Source: Penicillus capitatus
Lineage: Eukaryota; Plantae; Chlorophyta
Reading direction: 5' to 3'
Length of the DNA: 64,000 bases
Assembly: GCA_965649825.1 (NCBI GenBank)
Contig: OZ287696.1
Coordinates: 1,097,101 to 1,161,100, forward strand
The stretch's first letter is position 1; the number at the start of each line of letters is the position of its first letter. A model generated the notes under the pieces. It was not told the origin of the DNA, did not search any database, and saw only the letters and a program-made list of their open reading frames with translations. The position numbers were made by a program, and so were the translations under genes. Below, one piece after another: positions 37,232 through 50,529 of this stretch.

Positions 37232-39548
37232 CTAATCCTGCTGTTGCTGCTGCTGCTTTTGGGAAAGATGGAGGATGGTATGGAAGGTTGGGTGAAGGTC
37301 TTGATAGTTCAAAACGGCAACGACCCCCATTCGCTTGCAGTGATGGTAGATGCGGCCAATTTTTCGACGCGACAGGGCAACAACGACTGGGACACTGTGT
37401 TCCTCTGCGATTTGGTAGAGTTTATCGAGCTTTGGCTGAATAGTGGCGTCCAGATTGTTGGCAACAATAACTAACTTAACTTCGCCCTCTCTCTTCAAGT
37501 GCCGGCTAACTTCAGCAAGTCCACTGATGAGCCACTTACGCGCTGGCTGCTATACCACAACGAAGCTCACACTAAGCGAGAATAATACGAAGGCAGACCT
37601 CTCCGTTATTGGACTTCATATGGCTGTGCTGCAATTCGTTGAGTCGAGTGAGCAAGAAATGCACGGCATCATCGAGCGTCTCAAGGGGTTGAGAGGGGGA
37701 GGAGTCTTTGTTGTTTTTCGGGCTCTCTGTACTGGCCGGTCTATCACTTAGCGGTCCATCAGGCGAGGAAGGCTGCTTCTTCTTCCTTGTCAACTTCTCT
37801 CGCCTGAGTGTGTTGTAAGATGGGAGAGGATCAGACTCAGTTTTGGTAGAAAAAGCAAGATGCGGACGAATGAAAATGCATCTGGACTTCAGTAACTTCT
37901 TATCAGCTTCCGCATGCCACGTATCTTTGCCCCCTGGATGCAAAACGTGATGTGACGTCAAGAACGATGGTGTTCAGATAGACGGACCTTGGACTGTCTG
38001 AGCATGTTGGGTTTCGGAAGGCTTATCATCATTTCGGCCAATGTGGATCACACGAACATCAGAACTCTGTGCATCGTCACGATCGTCATCGGCGCACGGA
38101 CGGTACATTGTTTCTGTGTGCGCTGTTGTCTCATGATCCATTTGATCTGTGTCGAAAAAGTGTGAGACAATAGGTGGTGTTTCTCTCATGTTGTGTCGCC
38201 GTGTTTGTTTCGCCCATTCCGCCAACACGTCACTAAATCCCAGCATCTCATCTCCTCCATCCGAACTCATTTCTGGAGAAGATAGAAAAGGATCGCGGCT
38301 ATCTTCCTTTCGCATCTTGTGTGGTTCGTCCTCGTTCATTCCTTCTGCTGGTGCAGCTTCCTTTTCTCTCTCTTTCTCCTTTTCCCCCTGCTCAGTCACG
38401 TTCTGAGATGCACTGCCTTCGGTATGTGGCACAAATGCGTCTTCGACAAACACTGGTTGTGGAATAAAATTCTTCTGGGGTGATGCATCCTTTTGCGTTT
38501 CGATAGTTTCTCTTCGATGCTCTCTTCGACCTCTGTTACTTCCTTGTGTCTCACGTGAATCAAATATGATCTGTGCGAGCTTGTCGATCTCACGGTATAG
38601 TTCCAAGACGTTATTATCTGTTTCGGGTTGCATGGCATTAGTACATGTATCATCATTGCGGCCAACCTCATCATCGGCAAAGCCCTTTGACGAAACGGCG
38701 GCGGCCCCTTTATGGAATACGCTGTCCATTAATTTCAGATGGTTGGTCAGGTATTCTATCATCACGAGTTGACGAAACGTGAATTTGCGATTGACTGTTG
38801 TCAATGCCATCTGCAACTCACAGGCAGTGGAATTGATACAGCCTCGTAGTTTCTTCACCTGTCATGCACCACATCACGTGTCTCTACATGAAGAGCCCTC
38901 CCTCCCACGCACCTCTTTCTTCGTCACATCGGAAGTACCATCTGTCCGTCGGTGTTGTCGTTTGGACAACGATCCGAGGTCCTCCTGCAGAGATTGTAGC
39001 TTTGTCGTGAGGGACAACACTTGTGCAATTAAGATGTTCCGTTTCATCGGTGTTGTCTTATTCTTCTTCTTCGGCGTGGATTCTCCACAGCAATAATCTA
39101 ATCTCACATGACGCATGGCGCGCTGTCTATGCTCACCTCGGCGATCCTCCTTCCTCGTTGCATTCTTCGAAGACGACGTCTCCACTTTACCCGTTCCATT
39201 CTTGACATCTTTTTTCTCCGTCTGACTCCGCGGCTCTGTTCGCAAGGCGACATTTACAAAGTCGCCAAGCTGCATGGCAGCGGGCCGCGCAACAGTATAT
39301 CGATCGTAGGCTTCAGAACTGGCGCCCACGATTCGAGAAGGACAGTAATCCACCGAGTTCACGCCATCGTGTTTGCGAAGATGGTCAGCAAGTGCTCGAA
39401 GCGAACGGACGACATGTCCACACGACAGGCATCGGCACTTTCCTGTTACTGGGTCGACAATACTCTTGTTCGCTTCCGCAGTAAGAAGAGCCAGTTCTTG
39501 TTGTCTTTTCTCTTTTCTGCTTTGGATATCGATGACGCCTACATCCAT
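37232..39548 (-). CDS. SECISBP2: SECIS-binding protein 2 (SID plus L7Ae) with N-terminal C2H2 finger
   Basis: KKKNKTTPMKRNIL (SID-like); DDAVHFLLTRLNELQ; WLISGLAEVSRHLK..VKLVIVANN..IAEEHSVPVVVALSRRKIG..VVAVLNY matches the SBP2 L7Ae module. Confidence 0.82.
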
Positions 39549-39606
39549 GTTACAAACGATGCACAGAAAATATGTCTAGAGCCGCGTGGGTCACGCGCCT
39601 ACGTCG

Positions 39607-40942
39607 TCATACGCGACCGACAAGACGTTCCTCCTGACGTTGCACGGCTTGGATGAGATCAAAGGAATGCACTTTGCCTTCTCGGGCGCGTCTTTGGAAG
39701 AGAACTTTGCTCATGAGATCTGCCGGACGCCTTCGATGCCGGACAAAACTGACAAACTCCAATTCCATGCCAACCATCGCATCCGGCTGCCAGCAGAAAC
39801 GCAACAGGCGTTGAGGCCTGAGCTGCTCTTTGTGCATGAGATGGTCCAAAGAACAGTGCTGTAGGTCGGAGAAGCGCACGGGTGGATCGTCTCCTGTGTA
39901 CAGACCTTCGTCTGCGGACAGCCTCAAGGCAATGCTCTGATGCTCCAGCGGTTTACCGTCCATGTCCGTCTCGATCAGATATCGACTGCATGTGAGGTCC
40001 TTCCACAGAAGGGAGAGCTCATTCGGTCCGTGCGTGTAGGATCCTTCCTTGTGCTGAAGCACAATGCCATCGCGAACGAACGGCACAAAATCATACATGG
40101 ACGAGAGGAGTCCTTGTTCACGACAGTCATGAAACGCCACGGCATCGAATCTGCGACGGAACATGGGAGAAGCCGCCCGTCAGAGGATATGACGCACTTG
40201 AAATGTGTGTCTTCCTGATGTGACAAGTCACACTCTGCAAGCTTCGTCTGTATCCAGTGCCATCGAAAGAGCGTTGCACATTCTGTTATCCAAACGCCGT
40301 TCCAACACAGGAGATCCATAATATAATACATATCATTGGGTTCGTGATAGATGCAATCCAACAAAGACTGGCGGTCCAGGTGAGATGACCCACCCGGCAA
40401 ACAAGAGATGCCTGAATGCAGAACGCTTCCGTTCTTGAGACGACTGACGGTCCGTCCCCTCGATGCTTCGACCAAACAGCGTTGCCCTTCTGGCCGTGGC
40501 ATGACCAACCTGCACACCATCGCACGTCCAATTGGCATATTGGATGTGCGACAGAGTCACCAGTTCTCTGCCAGATCTTCAGGTGGTTCCAACATCCACA
40601 AGGATTGCATCAACTCTATACCCTGCCCTGGATATCGCGGTTTTGAATCACTGTCCAGATGCGACAGATCTAGCGCGTCCGCAAATGCGCTTGACAAATT
40701 CTTTTCCTCTTGACTGGCCCAAAGACGCTAAGACGGATAGAAGAAGTCGCATTCAAAGGGACTGGAGCTGGAGTCGCCAGCCATACCTCGCTTGTTTGCT
40801 CAAAGGTCTGAAGCTGAAGCTGTCTGTTCGTGTCAAATCGTTTAGCCTGCTGTCGCAGCTTCGTCAGCGCTTCGTCTCTTCGTTTTGCTTGAGAGTAGGT
40901 CCCATGATGTGGTTTGTGATCTCTAGGCGGCCTGGTGGACAT
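39607..40942 (-). CDS. SNUPN: Snurportin-1 (m3G-cap import adaptor)
   Basis: N-terminal IBB-like QAKRRDEALTKLRQQAKR; PEDLAENW..RPEGQRCLV, LDCIYHE..YIMDLLCW, DGIVLQHKEGSYTHGPNELSLLWKD. Confidence 0.92.
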
Positions 40943-41041
40943 CACAGACGTTCTTTTTTTCGCCTTCCGCTCTGTGGCTTTCAGTATAAACGTCGCATCG
41001 CGCTATAAAAGGGCCCGACTGTACGGTTATGAAAACATTCG

Positions 41042-44000
41042 ATGGCGTCGGGACCTCAGAGTGAAGTCAAAGAGAAGTACCCGACCTGCTCCTCCATTCC
41101 CTTCGCCTACATTTCGCACTTTTTTGATAATTTAACCAATGCCAAGAAGCCACAGCAGAGGAAGCAACATTTGAAGGCGTTTCGTAAGCATTACGTCAAC
41201 CGAGAGGCCGATGATATTTTTCAGCTCTATCGCCTTCTGCTGCCTCACGTACACTTGTGAAATTTGCGGAGAAAGAGTGGGGGAATGTGTGATCGGTTTG
41301 TATGTAGCTTGACCGTATTCGTGGATCTTATGGACTGAAAGAGAGCAAACTGGCGGCAGCCCTCGTTGATGCCTGCAGCGAATCACGCAAGTCGAAAGTT
41401 GGAGAAGCGGTGTTCAATTGGAGGGATCCACGTTCGGAACATGCCGGAGATTTTGCTGCCGCTATGCACGAAGTGCGTTTCGTTGTTCGATCCAGAACAG
41501 CTAGAGTGATCCATGTGATCTCCAGCATCTGCTGAAGCACTTTTGCGGAAGGAAAGATGAAACCATCAGATCCATTGAGTACAACGTCGGCGAGCTCAAC
41601 GAAGACTTGGATAGACTGGCGACAGAGAGAGGAAGCACCAGGGCACTTGTACTGAGAGAGATGATTCTGAAATCCACGCCTTCCCAGATGATGTGGATCG
41701 TCCGGATGATCCTCGGCAGTCTGAAGGTCGTCTTCCTATGCAATGTCCTCAATACCATCTGCGCTCATGTATGGCCTGCAGGTTGGGTTATCCGAATCAA
41801 TGGTACTGGCCGATTTCCACGAGGATGCAGTCAAGCTTTACGATGCCACGACAGATTTGCAAAGAGTCTGTTCGGTGTTGAAGAATCCATCTGTTCGCCA
41901 CAACATCCAAGTGCATCTCCTACTAGCTGAAGGAAATGGACATTGAGCGAGTGTGTTTACACGTGCCAGGATATTGAGCTTGGCAGTTCTGCCCAGCCGC
42001 AGAGGGTGATGAGAAAGAGCTCTCTGAAGGCGGTGCTGTCGTCCATGGGTCTCAGAGAATTTGTCATCGAAGTCAAGTTCGATGGAGAACGTTGTCAGGT
42101 GGGGGTCTGGGTAGTCGAAAAGAAATGCATTTCTCTGTGTTGTGCAGCTGCACAAAATGGGAGATACTTTTAAGTATTTCAGTACCAGAGGTGTCGAACA
42201 TGGCGAATACTCTTCCTTCAAGATCTTTAACATTGTTGCCAAGAGACAGATCCTGAAAGAAAACTGCATTCTCGATGGCGAGCTCGTTATCTGGAACAGA
42301 ACCAGGTGAAGTAACATATGTGTCTTCCCGGCGATCCTAACAAGACCTCTGTATACCAGTGGCTGCTTTGAACCCTTTGGCAGTCTTCGTGCGACGGTTA
42401 ATGTGGCAGTGGAGGGTGTGAGGAAGGATGAGCCTGTTGAGTATGATGATTTTCGAGAGGAGGGCGATGACAAGAGGGTCCATCGTTTACCAAACCTGGA
42501 GGAGTTAGAGCTGGTGTACATCGTATTCGATGTGCTGTTTGTCGATAACCGTAGCGTTCTCTCTCTGCCTTTGTCAGAACGCCACAAGATATTGAGATCT
42601 GTCATCAAGGATGCACCGCTGAATGGCATCCCTATGGGAAACGGTCTCAAAGGAGCTCTGATCCCCCTTATACCGGACAAGACATTTCTCGGCGAACAGT
42701 GCCTGTCAAAGAAGGGTGCTTCGCTCGATGATATCGTCGAAATGTTCAACCGTGCTATCTCTATGCAGGTCCCTCTGAGATTCTTTGCTTTTGCGCTGTA
42801 TAAAACACAATGTGTCAAAAGGAAGAAGGAATCGTCGTGAAAGCGTTGGATTCTCCATGGACAAGTAATGACAGGAGTGACAAATGGGTCAAGATGAAGC
42901 CAGACTATATATCAAATCACGAGATCGATGCCGTCATCATTGGAGGCTACTATGGCAAGGGGAAGCATACGAGAACAGTATCAGAGTTCTTATTGGGCAT
43001 CCTGGATACCACTGAACGAGAAAAGAGATATGTCTCATTCTGCAGGTCCGACCGACAATAACACCTGTGACACTCTGCTATCTTTCTGTCCCTGTCCACA
43101 ACAGAGTCGGAACAGGACTGTCAGAACGAGAAAGACTTCAGCTGGAGAATCTCATCTGCCCCAACCTCAAGAAATTCAAAAAGGCTCCTAAGTATTACAG
43201 GGTGAGCGGTCACCACAAAGAGACACCCGATGAGTGGATGGCCGAGCCACAGTCCTCTGTTGTGCTGGAAGTATGCCCTTTGTTCTTAAGCAAGCAGAAA
43301 AGGTACCTGTGTCTTGGCTGTTAGGTAAAGGCTGATATCCGTACCATTCCGAGTGAAGTATTTGCTGCGGGATATACATTGCGATTTCCTCGAATCACAC
43401 GTCTGCGATTGGACAAGGGCCCTGAAGACATCATGACCATTCGAGAGCTGACAGATCTGGTGCTGCATCACAGTGGGACGCTCTCTCGCAGGAAGACATC
43501 TGAAGACACGCCGAGCAGAACGCCCAGAAACAGGAAACGTGCTTTCTCCTTACCATCTCAGTTCAGTTTGACACCCTGCAAGACACGTCGAAAACAGAAA
43601 ATGGTATTGGATGGCATGATCGTATGCTTTACGGATTATGGACATCACGGAAAGGAGAAACTCGAAAACCTTGCACAGGAGTTGGGCGCCATCGTGTTTA
43701 TGTCTCCTTCCCGTCGCTGTCAGTTTCTGTTGGGATCGGATCGAACGGAACAGAATGTGCAGCGCATCATCAGAGACGGCAAGCACGATGTTGTGTCAGT
43801 CGAATGGCTGATTGGATGCGAAGCGCATCAAAGTAGAATAGCCCTGAAGCCACGCGACTACATTTGTCGCTCGACAGAGGCACAGCATGAAACCACGACT
43901 CCACACTTTCTCAAATTGTGGTGTGGTGTGGTGCAGGCGGTGCACAAAATCACTTCACTGTTGGTCGGCGAAGATCCTGGAACGGATCTCGAAGCACAAG

Positions 44001-45332
44001 ATATTGAACAGATTGTGGAGCATCACATGAATCAAGAGACCATAAGATTGCGACACAGAAAGGATCTCGCACATCGGACGGTGCGTTGTGATGAGTTGAA
44101 TATGGAGGAACTGTTTCCTGGGAGCACAGCACTGAACAGCTGTCGGTTCTATCGAATGAAACTCTTAGATGAACCGCGCACTGGATCCAGCAGTTGGCCT
44201 TCATCTCTAAGGTCAGAAGTCATGAATAGAACCAGAGTACTTCAATCGGAGTTGGATGCACTGGCCGTTGAATGGAAGGTGATGATCATTTCTCTCGGCA
44301 CATATGGCTTACTGTCGCCGTTTAGGTGACCCGACATGGCGGGACAATGAGTGAGATGTTTGGCCAGATGGTTACACATATTCTGTTTGATGGAGAAAGT
44401 GATGCGGCGCTGAAATCGCCAGGAGACTTCCTTGCTTGTATGTCAAAGCAAGATACCGACATCGATTTTCGATGGCTGCGGACATCTCTGGAGAAGGAAC
44501 GTTTGTTCCTGATCCACCAAAGGCAAGAACTGCAAGCTTGTCTAAGCGGCTCACAGAATTATGTGCCTTGCAGTTGGTTGCTGCAATTGGATTTCCTAAA
44601 TGATCTGAAAGAATTCTCCACGACGATTGATGGACTGCCTGTCTTCATGAAATCGAGCGTTCGAACAGATCAACAGAAGCGGGAGAAAGTTCTCTCTGTT
44701 GATCATTGGCCATGGAATGCATACATTCACGAGGATGACCAGGGATGCCCTACACCAGCCAAAAAAGCAAGGCGGGCGAAAACAACCAAGAGTGTGAGTA
44801 AAGACAGTCCTGCTGCGATGAGTTTGTCCTGGACGACGGTTCAGAGAACACCGTCCTCTGCGAAGAAAGTGCCACGGTATCATCGCCGTCCAATCGAGAG
44901 TGCCGTCTGCACACCTCAGCCAAAGAGAGTGAAATCTCTTAGGCAGGAAAAGGACTCGACGCTGCTGCCTCCCGAAGGTTATCGAACAATAATTGCTTGA
45001 CGAGAGATCTCAAATATTTACTGAACACAGGAGAGCCGTCGGGTTCATCAAAAAGGCATGGATCGAGGAGGTTAAGCTTCTTCGATGCTATCCTTGGTGA
45101 TGTGACTTCCGATGACGAGATGCAGTTGGAAGAGGAGGAGGTCGATGATGTCACTCCTGTTGTTGAAGAGACGTCCATCTATGCGAAGAAAAGACGAGCG
45201 GTTTCTGAAACACCTGAACCTGTGAGCACAAGATTGAGGAGCCGTTCATCTTTGTCCTCTACCGAAGAGTCAAAGACACCAAAGAAGAAGAAAATGAGCA
45301 TACGTGACAAGCTGAATTCGCTGAGAAGGTGA
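41042..45332 (+). CDS. LIG4: DNA ligase IV with tandem BRCT domains
   Basis: EVKFDGER, ILDGEL, VFDVL, EEGIVVK, WVKMKPDY, RFPRITRLRLDK; BRCT motifs. A 53-nt intron 44978-45030 extends the frame to TGA 45332. Confidence 0.95.
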
Positions 45333-45992
45333 GATGACCGGAGAACCCCATCCGAGAAAATGATGCATACTGAAACGGCATGTCTGTTGATGGACCGCCA
45401 ACATAGATGCTTGCGGACTGTATCTTCGCAGATTAAGTCAAACAAGGTTACGTAGTAATTTGCACGGTGCATCAGTCGAGATCCTTGGGAGATGATATCT
45501 GGCGAGGAAAGCCGCCGGGGCAGTTCGCGAGTGCGTCTATCTATTATCTCGATTGATCGATTCTATCGTTACAGTATTGTATCCCGGGTGTGCTGAGTCG
45601 GACGAAAAATCTGAAGAAGGATGCATGGAGTGCGTTTTCCTTTTTGTCTCGATTCTGACGAAACAACACTTTTGTCACCGTCGGTTCTATGGCAATGTAC
45701 TTAACCAGATCGTCGTATTGCTTCGATTAAGGTCAATCATTTCAGCTCTTTTCCTTCTGCCATTCTGACACAGATCATTGGTATTATGTACGACGTCCCA
45801 TCGCCTTGTGATCTGACGCATAAGCAACGTTCATAATGATAACAGGCCCCTCATGCATCTCCTGTCCACCGACCGGCGTCCGTTTTCATGCTGCCAGCAA
45901 AGGAATCGGTATTGGTGCGAGTCTTGATACCTGCTGTTTGTTCTGCATGGAGTACATTGACGTCATTCTGCGTTCGTACAGTGTCGTTTCGA

Positions 45993-47669
45993 ATGGGGAG
46001 TCATGCAATCTATCAAAGCGGTCCTTCAGTATTCAAGAAGCTCGCGCGACTCGTCGCCAGGACGTTTTACACGGGACCCTGTCCACCTCGTCCAGACGGT
46101 CCCACGTCTCGCAGGAAATGGGACAAAGTGTGTGACGCGCCGTCATTTCGTCCTCCGTCATCTCACACATCACTACCCTCTTTAGGTGGACACGACCGGC
46201 ATTGCCATTATCATACTAGACTACTTAACCCAACATGAGTGGGTCCGAGAAGAGCACCTTTTACAGGAGCTCAAAATTGCACCGAAGCTTCTACTACGAG
46301 CCCTACGTTACTTGGAGCAGGAACGCATTCTGAGAAGTGACAGTCGTAAAGAAGGCAAACGTGCTCAGGCTAAAGATATTGTGGTGTTGGCCACCAAGAG
46401 TGAGAAATGCTGATGTCATTGATTCAGTGACCGAATTGTCTATACAGAAGATACGCCGCAACAGCAAGATGCAACAGAGAGTGACGCCCCGCCGAAACCG
46501 CTTTTACAGTCCTATTGGGCAATCGACTATCCGTCCTTCTGGGATGTCCTGCGACTTAGACTGCATCTGATGAAGTTCAAGATTCGGGTGCGTTGCCGTA
46601 AGGATGAGCGACTGAGATGATGTGTGATTCTTGGAGAGTAGTCGGAAGTGGAGGACACCAATGCGGTCGTGGACTACGTCTGTCCTAACCCGCAGTGTGA
46701 GAGTCGATATACGACGTTCGATTTTCCGTCACTACTCGATCGGAAGACAGGACGCATGATCTGCGAGAACTGTGGAAACGAAGTGCTGGAGGAGTTTGCA
46801 AATGAAGGGAGTACAGGAAAGATGGAGGATCGCGGAAAGCGGAGAGATGTGAGATACCTATTGTCTATGCACTCATGCCATGATCTGCATCGAGCAGGAC
46901 ATGAAGGCCACACTGAAAAGAATGGATACAGAACTGAAGCTCATTTTGGATCTGATGAATCAAGCCAAGGATATCAAACCGCCGGATTTCGGCAGCCTTG
47001 CAGATTGGGCGTACGAGCAGAATGCAAAGAAAGCCAAACAAGCACAAGGTCAATTGCCGATATCGAATTGGCAGCTGTCGTCATCTGCCGTCTGACCAGG
47101 GGCGCAGCAGGACAACGCAGAGAAGGATGTGACATTTACGATGAAACTAACTGAAAAATCGCCATTGAATGGGATGGGACAGGAGAAGAGGCGTTCCATC
47201 GATGCATCCAAAGAGATACCTCCATGGATGATCAAAGGCAATCGCACAATGGTTTACGTCTAGATTCTAACGATAGCAAGGACCGTACTGTTGTGTGTAC
47301 CTATAGGAGAAGACAGCAGACAAGAATAAACAGGATACGCTCAAGAGACGTGCCGCAGATATTCTGCCGCCGCCACTCAACTTCCATCCGTCTCACTCTT
47401 CACCGTCTTCCCCGTCCGCGGCACCTTTCGTGCCTCAGATTCAATCTCCTTTGTCCAATAAGCGGATCAAACTGGAGTGGCCTAGTCGTCTACCATCCAC
47501 AACGGAAGATGATGACGGGATCGAATGGGAGGAGGCAGGAGTGTCAGAGAAAGACAGGGGAGGGGAGATGCAGCGAGACGAGATCCCGTTCGATGAAGAG
47601 GCGGCACGATTGGCCGATATCGAATCCGATCTAAGAACGAACTCCGGATGGACGACGGTGCAGAAATGA
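45993..47669 (+). CDS. GTF2E1: Transcription factor IIE subunit alpha
   Basis: Winged helix (IILDYLTQHEWVREEHL..LRALRYLE), zinc ribbon (YVCPNPQC..CENCGNEV), acidic tail with IEWEE. Confidence 0.9.
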
Positions 47670-47759
47670 GCCGATCTGTAACGACAATATTCACGTTGTA
47701 TGGGGTCACTGTGCTGTCACGTTGTCACATGGTCTCAAGCGGAATGTGATTTTTCGACG

Positions 47760-48988
47760 ATGGTCCGTTTTCAATGGTATACCGACGATGGCAGCGTTGG
47801 CCAAGTCCTTCCAGGAAATTTCGTCCAGGACCCGACGGCCGATGTCTGTTACGTCACTGCCGAAATAAAAGTGAGTGGTGCGGAAAAGAGTGACGTCGTC
47901 GGCAAGGAAGAGCGTCCTGTACAGGTACAAGGTCAACGTTCGACCGTTGAGGCGCAGATCACTCTGCCCAAAGACTTCTTAAGCGAAACGAAGGTGACGC
48001 TCTCTGACGTTTCTGAACTTCTCCTGAATGAGGGGGCGTTTCGGGATAGTCAATAGGTTTGGCTTTGGCCCTGGGTGAACGGGGGGCTCAAGGGAATTCG
48101 AAGATTCTAGCAGACCTGGCCAGCTCTTTAGCGAGACAAGGTCAGAGGCAACCGATCGAAGTTGTGGGGAAGCTATGTGTTGTTCAGGGTATGTTGTGGT
48201 GCGGCATTTGGTGAAATTCGATGAACAGAGAAAACAATCGGAGATTCAGAAGACGATCCACGCCTGTATGGCCTCTCCCTATGCTCGACACGTTGACAAA
48301 TGGATACTCATTGGTAAACAGTCTTATCGGGAGTATGCGTGTGTATTGAGTCCTTGCGTGAAGGCATGGGTGGGAGCAGTCACATCAGCAGTTCGATCTC
48401 ACCTTTCTTCAGAGACGTGTTGGCCGCGTTGATGTTTGCGGCGAGTCCATTGACGGTGGTACGTCTTTCAGTTCAGCAAAGGGAGTGCCCTGTCATGGTA
48501 TGTTTGTGCAGAAGCATGTTTCTGAACCTGAAGTATCATTGAGAGCACCAGAAGTGAGACCCATACCATTCATTCCATCCATTTCATCCCAGGAGCATAT
48601 AGGTTCGAGAAGACGTTCCAATTCTGTTCCTGCATCCCTCTGTGGCCGAGGCATGCTCTGCCGAAGAGTTACGGTCTCGGCTGAAACGGAAGTCTTCACG
48701 CTTCATCAAGTACATGAACATCCCTGTAGTGCTCATCGATGATGTAGCCTCGATCTGAATGCTGTCACATCACAGGACGTGGATCAAAACTTTAAAACAT
48801 CACGTGGGAAGAATGCCGCCCATCTGGTGTCATCATTCGTTGTGTCTGCCGTTTTGGAATTCCTAAACGTTTTGGAGAGCGATCGACTGGATGACTGTCT
48901 GATACCATCCCTCGATCAAATCCCTGTACCGGATGTGACATCCATGGAAGGAGAAGAGATGGCAACGAAATCGCCGGCCGGAGCATGA
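47760..48988 (+). CDS. Alpha/beta-hydrolase-fold protein (KANSL3/TEX30-like), apparently non-catalytic
   Basis: LALGERGAQGNSKILADLASSLARQGYVVVR, WILIG|MGG, LAALMFAASPL and DVDQNFK across ~50-nt introns. Confidence 0.55.
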
Positions 48989-49028
48989 GACGTTATACAC
49001 TGTGCATCGGCATTAAGCAGATGGCCTC

Positions 49029-49980
49029 TTACTGAGATAAGTCAAGAGACTTGGTGGGAGTGTTAGGTATGGCTTTCTCGACTCCCACTCGTTTTGTAAT
49101 TCTTTCAGATGCTCTTCTCGCTGCTGTTCTCTCTCAACTTTCCTCTCGGCTGCCTCCTTTCTTTCCTTGACCACTTTCGCTTTATCCCTCTTGAAATGGT
49201 GAGGTAATGATTGGCAATGGATAGGATGCGGGGGCAGTTACCATGCTTTGCCTCCATCGTTTCCATTTTCGCTTGAATGCGTTGCGCCCATTCGATTGGG
49301 GCTTCATCTCAAAGTAGAGTTGATGCAGATTTATGCCGGGCAGTTCTTCTAACGTTGGAAAGACGGTGCGTTTGGGTGGAATCTTTGGACGGGGTTTGGC
49401 ATCGTGAGACGTTTCAAATGTGTGATCCTTTGGGGCATAGTAGAAACGTGGGTCGCCTCTTGCTCGATAACGCCAACGTCTATGCGTCCAACAGTAACCT
49501 ATGGAGGAAGGATCACACGAATCATTAAACGCCAACGTGGAGCCGGCAAGGCACTTACTCTGTCGAACAAGTGCGCTTGTAGAATCACCAGATGTGGGAT
49601 GATGCAAGGGATTGGCACTGCGAGGGGCCATCGTCGACGGGGTTGCCAAGAACGGCACTTTGAGTTCACGCACAATTCGATATCTCCACATCTCCCAGCG
49701 CCTAATGACTTCATGCAACGCTCCGCGTATTTGTCAGTCGTTCGTATTAAAGCGATTGCCGATCGCGGACGAGGCCTTCGTTTATCACGATCCGTGTCGA
49801 ACGTCAACGTACGACGGAGGGACGCGAAAGTGAAGGTGCTGTTTGATGACGAAGCAAAATACGAAAAGCCCGAGATCGATCTGCCAACCGATTTTTTCCA
49901 CTTCTGCGAAATCTGTGGTGCGGTTTTCGTGATCTCACCTGGAGGCCAGTCAGATTCTCAGGCACTGGTGGTGGAATCAT
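49029..49980 (-). CDS. Hypothetical basic protein with C-terminal coiled coil
   Basis: ORF 49182..49718 with a GTAAGT intron; last exon RDKAKVVKERKEAAERKVEREQQREEHLKELQNEW to TAA 49029. 5' structure uncertain. Confidence 0.55.
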
Positions 49981-50529
49981 TGAATGCGAGACATGTGATG
50001 GGAAAGGATACGTTCTGACACGAGTGCGTGATGCATGACGATCGTATCGCACGTCGCTTGCTGTTCAGCCAGGAGGGGCGGGCGTCGCCGATCGACGGGG
50101 TCAAGCCCGATGCCGTGTCTGCAACGGAATGGTGTCTCGCGCGTTTTGTTCGGAATGATGAGCGATCGCCGTCGATCTAGGGGTGCATACCGTGTCCGAT
50201 GTGTGCCGGAGCAAAGGGCCGATTACGATCGCCGCGCGATCCTCGACTCGATTTTCCATCGCATCCGTTTGACACGTAAAGGTATCGACGCGATTGCGAT
50301 CGTACGGCCAGACACACAATGCGACGGTGTCGAGCTCGATCGCCGCATCGTTGTGTATCGATGGCCAATAGAAAGCGATTTTCGATGACTCGATGATGAA
50401 AACTCCAGTTTTCGAGACAGATACGGATCACATATTTCTCAGTCTTTACAACAATCCATGCAATTTGTGTCAGGGTGGCGAACGTACGCAGCATCGCCAG
50501 CGTCTGTCATACGTCTTGTCATGGAATGT

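Noticed and set aside
45640-45760. Minus-strand IDLNRSNTTIWL resembling the TFIIF-beta N-terminus, next to TFIIE-alpha
   Set aside because: The similarity does not continue in any frame or splice option.
50150-50350. Cyanobacterial HIP1 (GCGATCGC) signature suggesting bacterial DNA
   Set aside because: Only isolated full octamers were seen (e.g. ~50162, ~57170), and flanking genes have spliceosomal introns.
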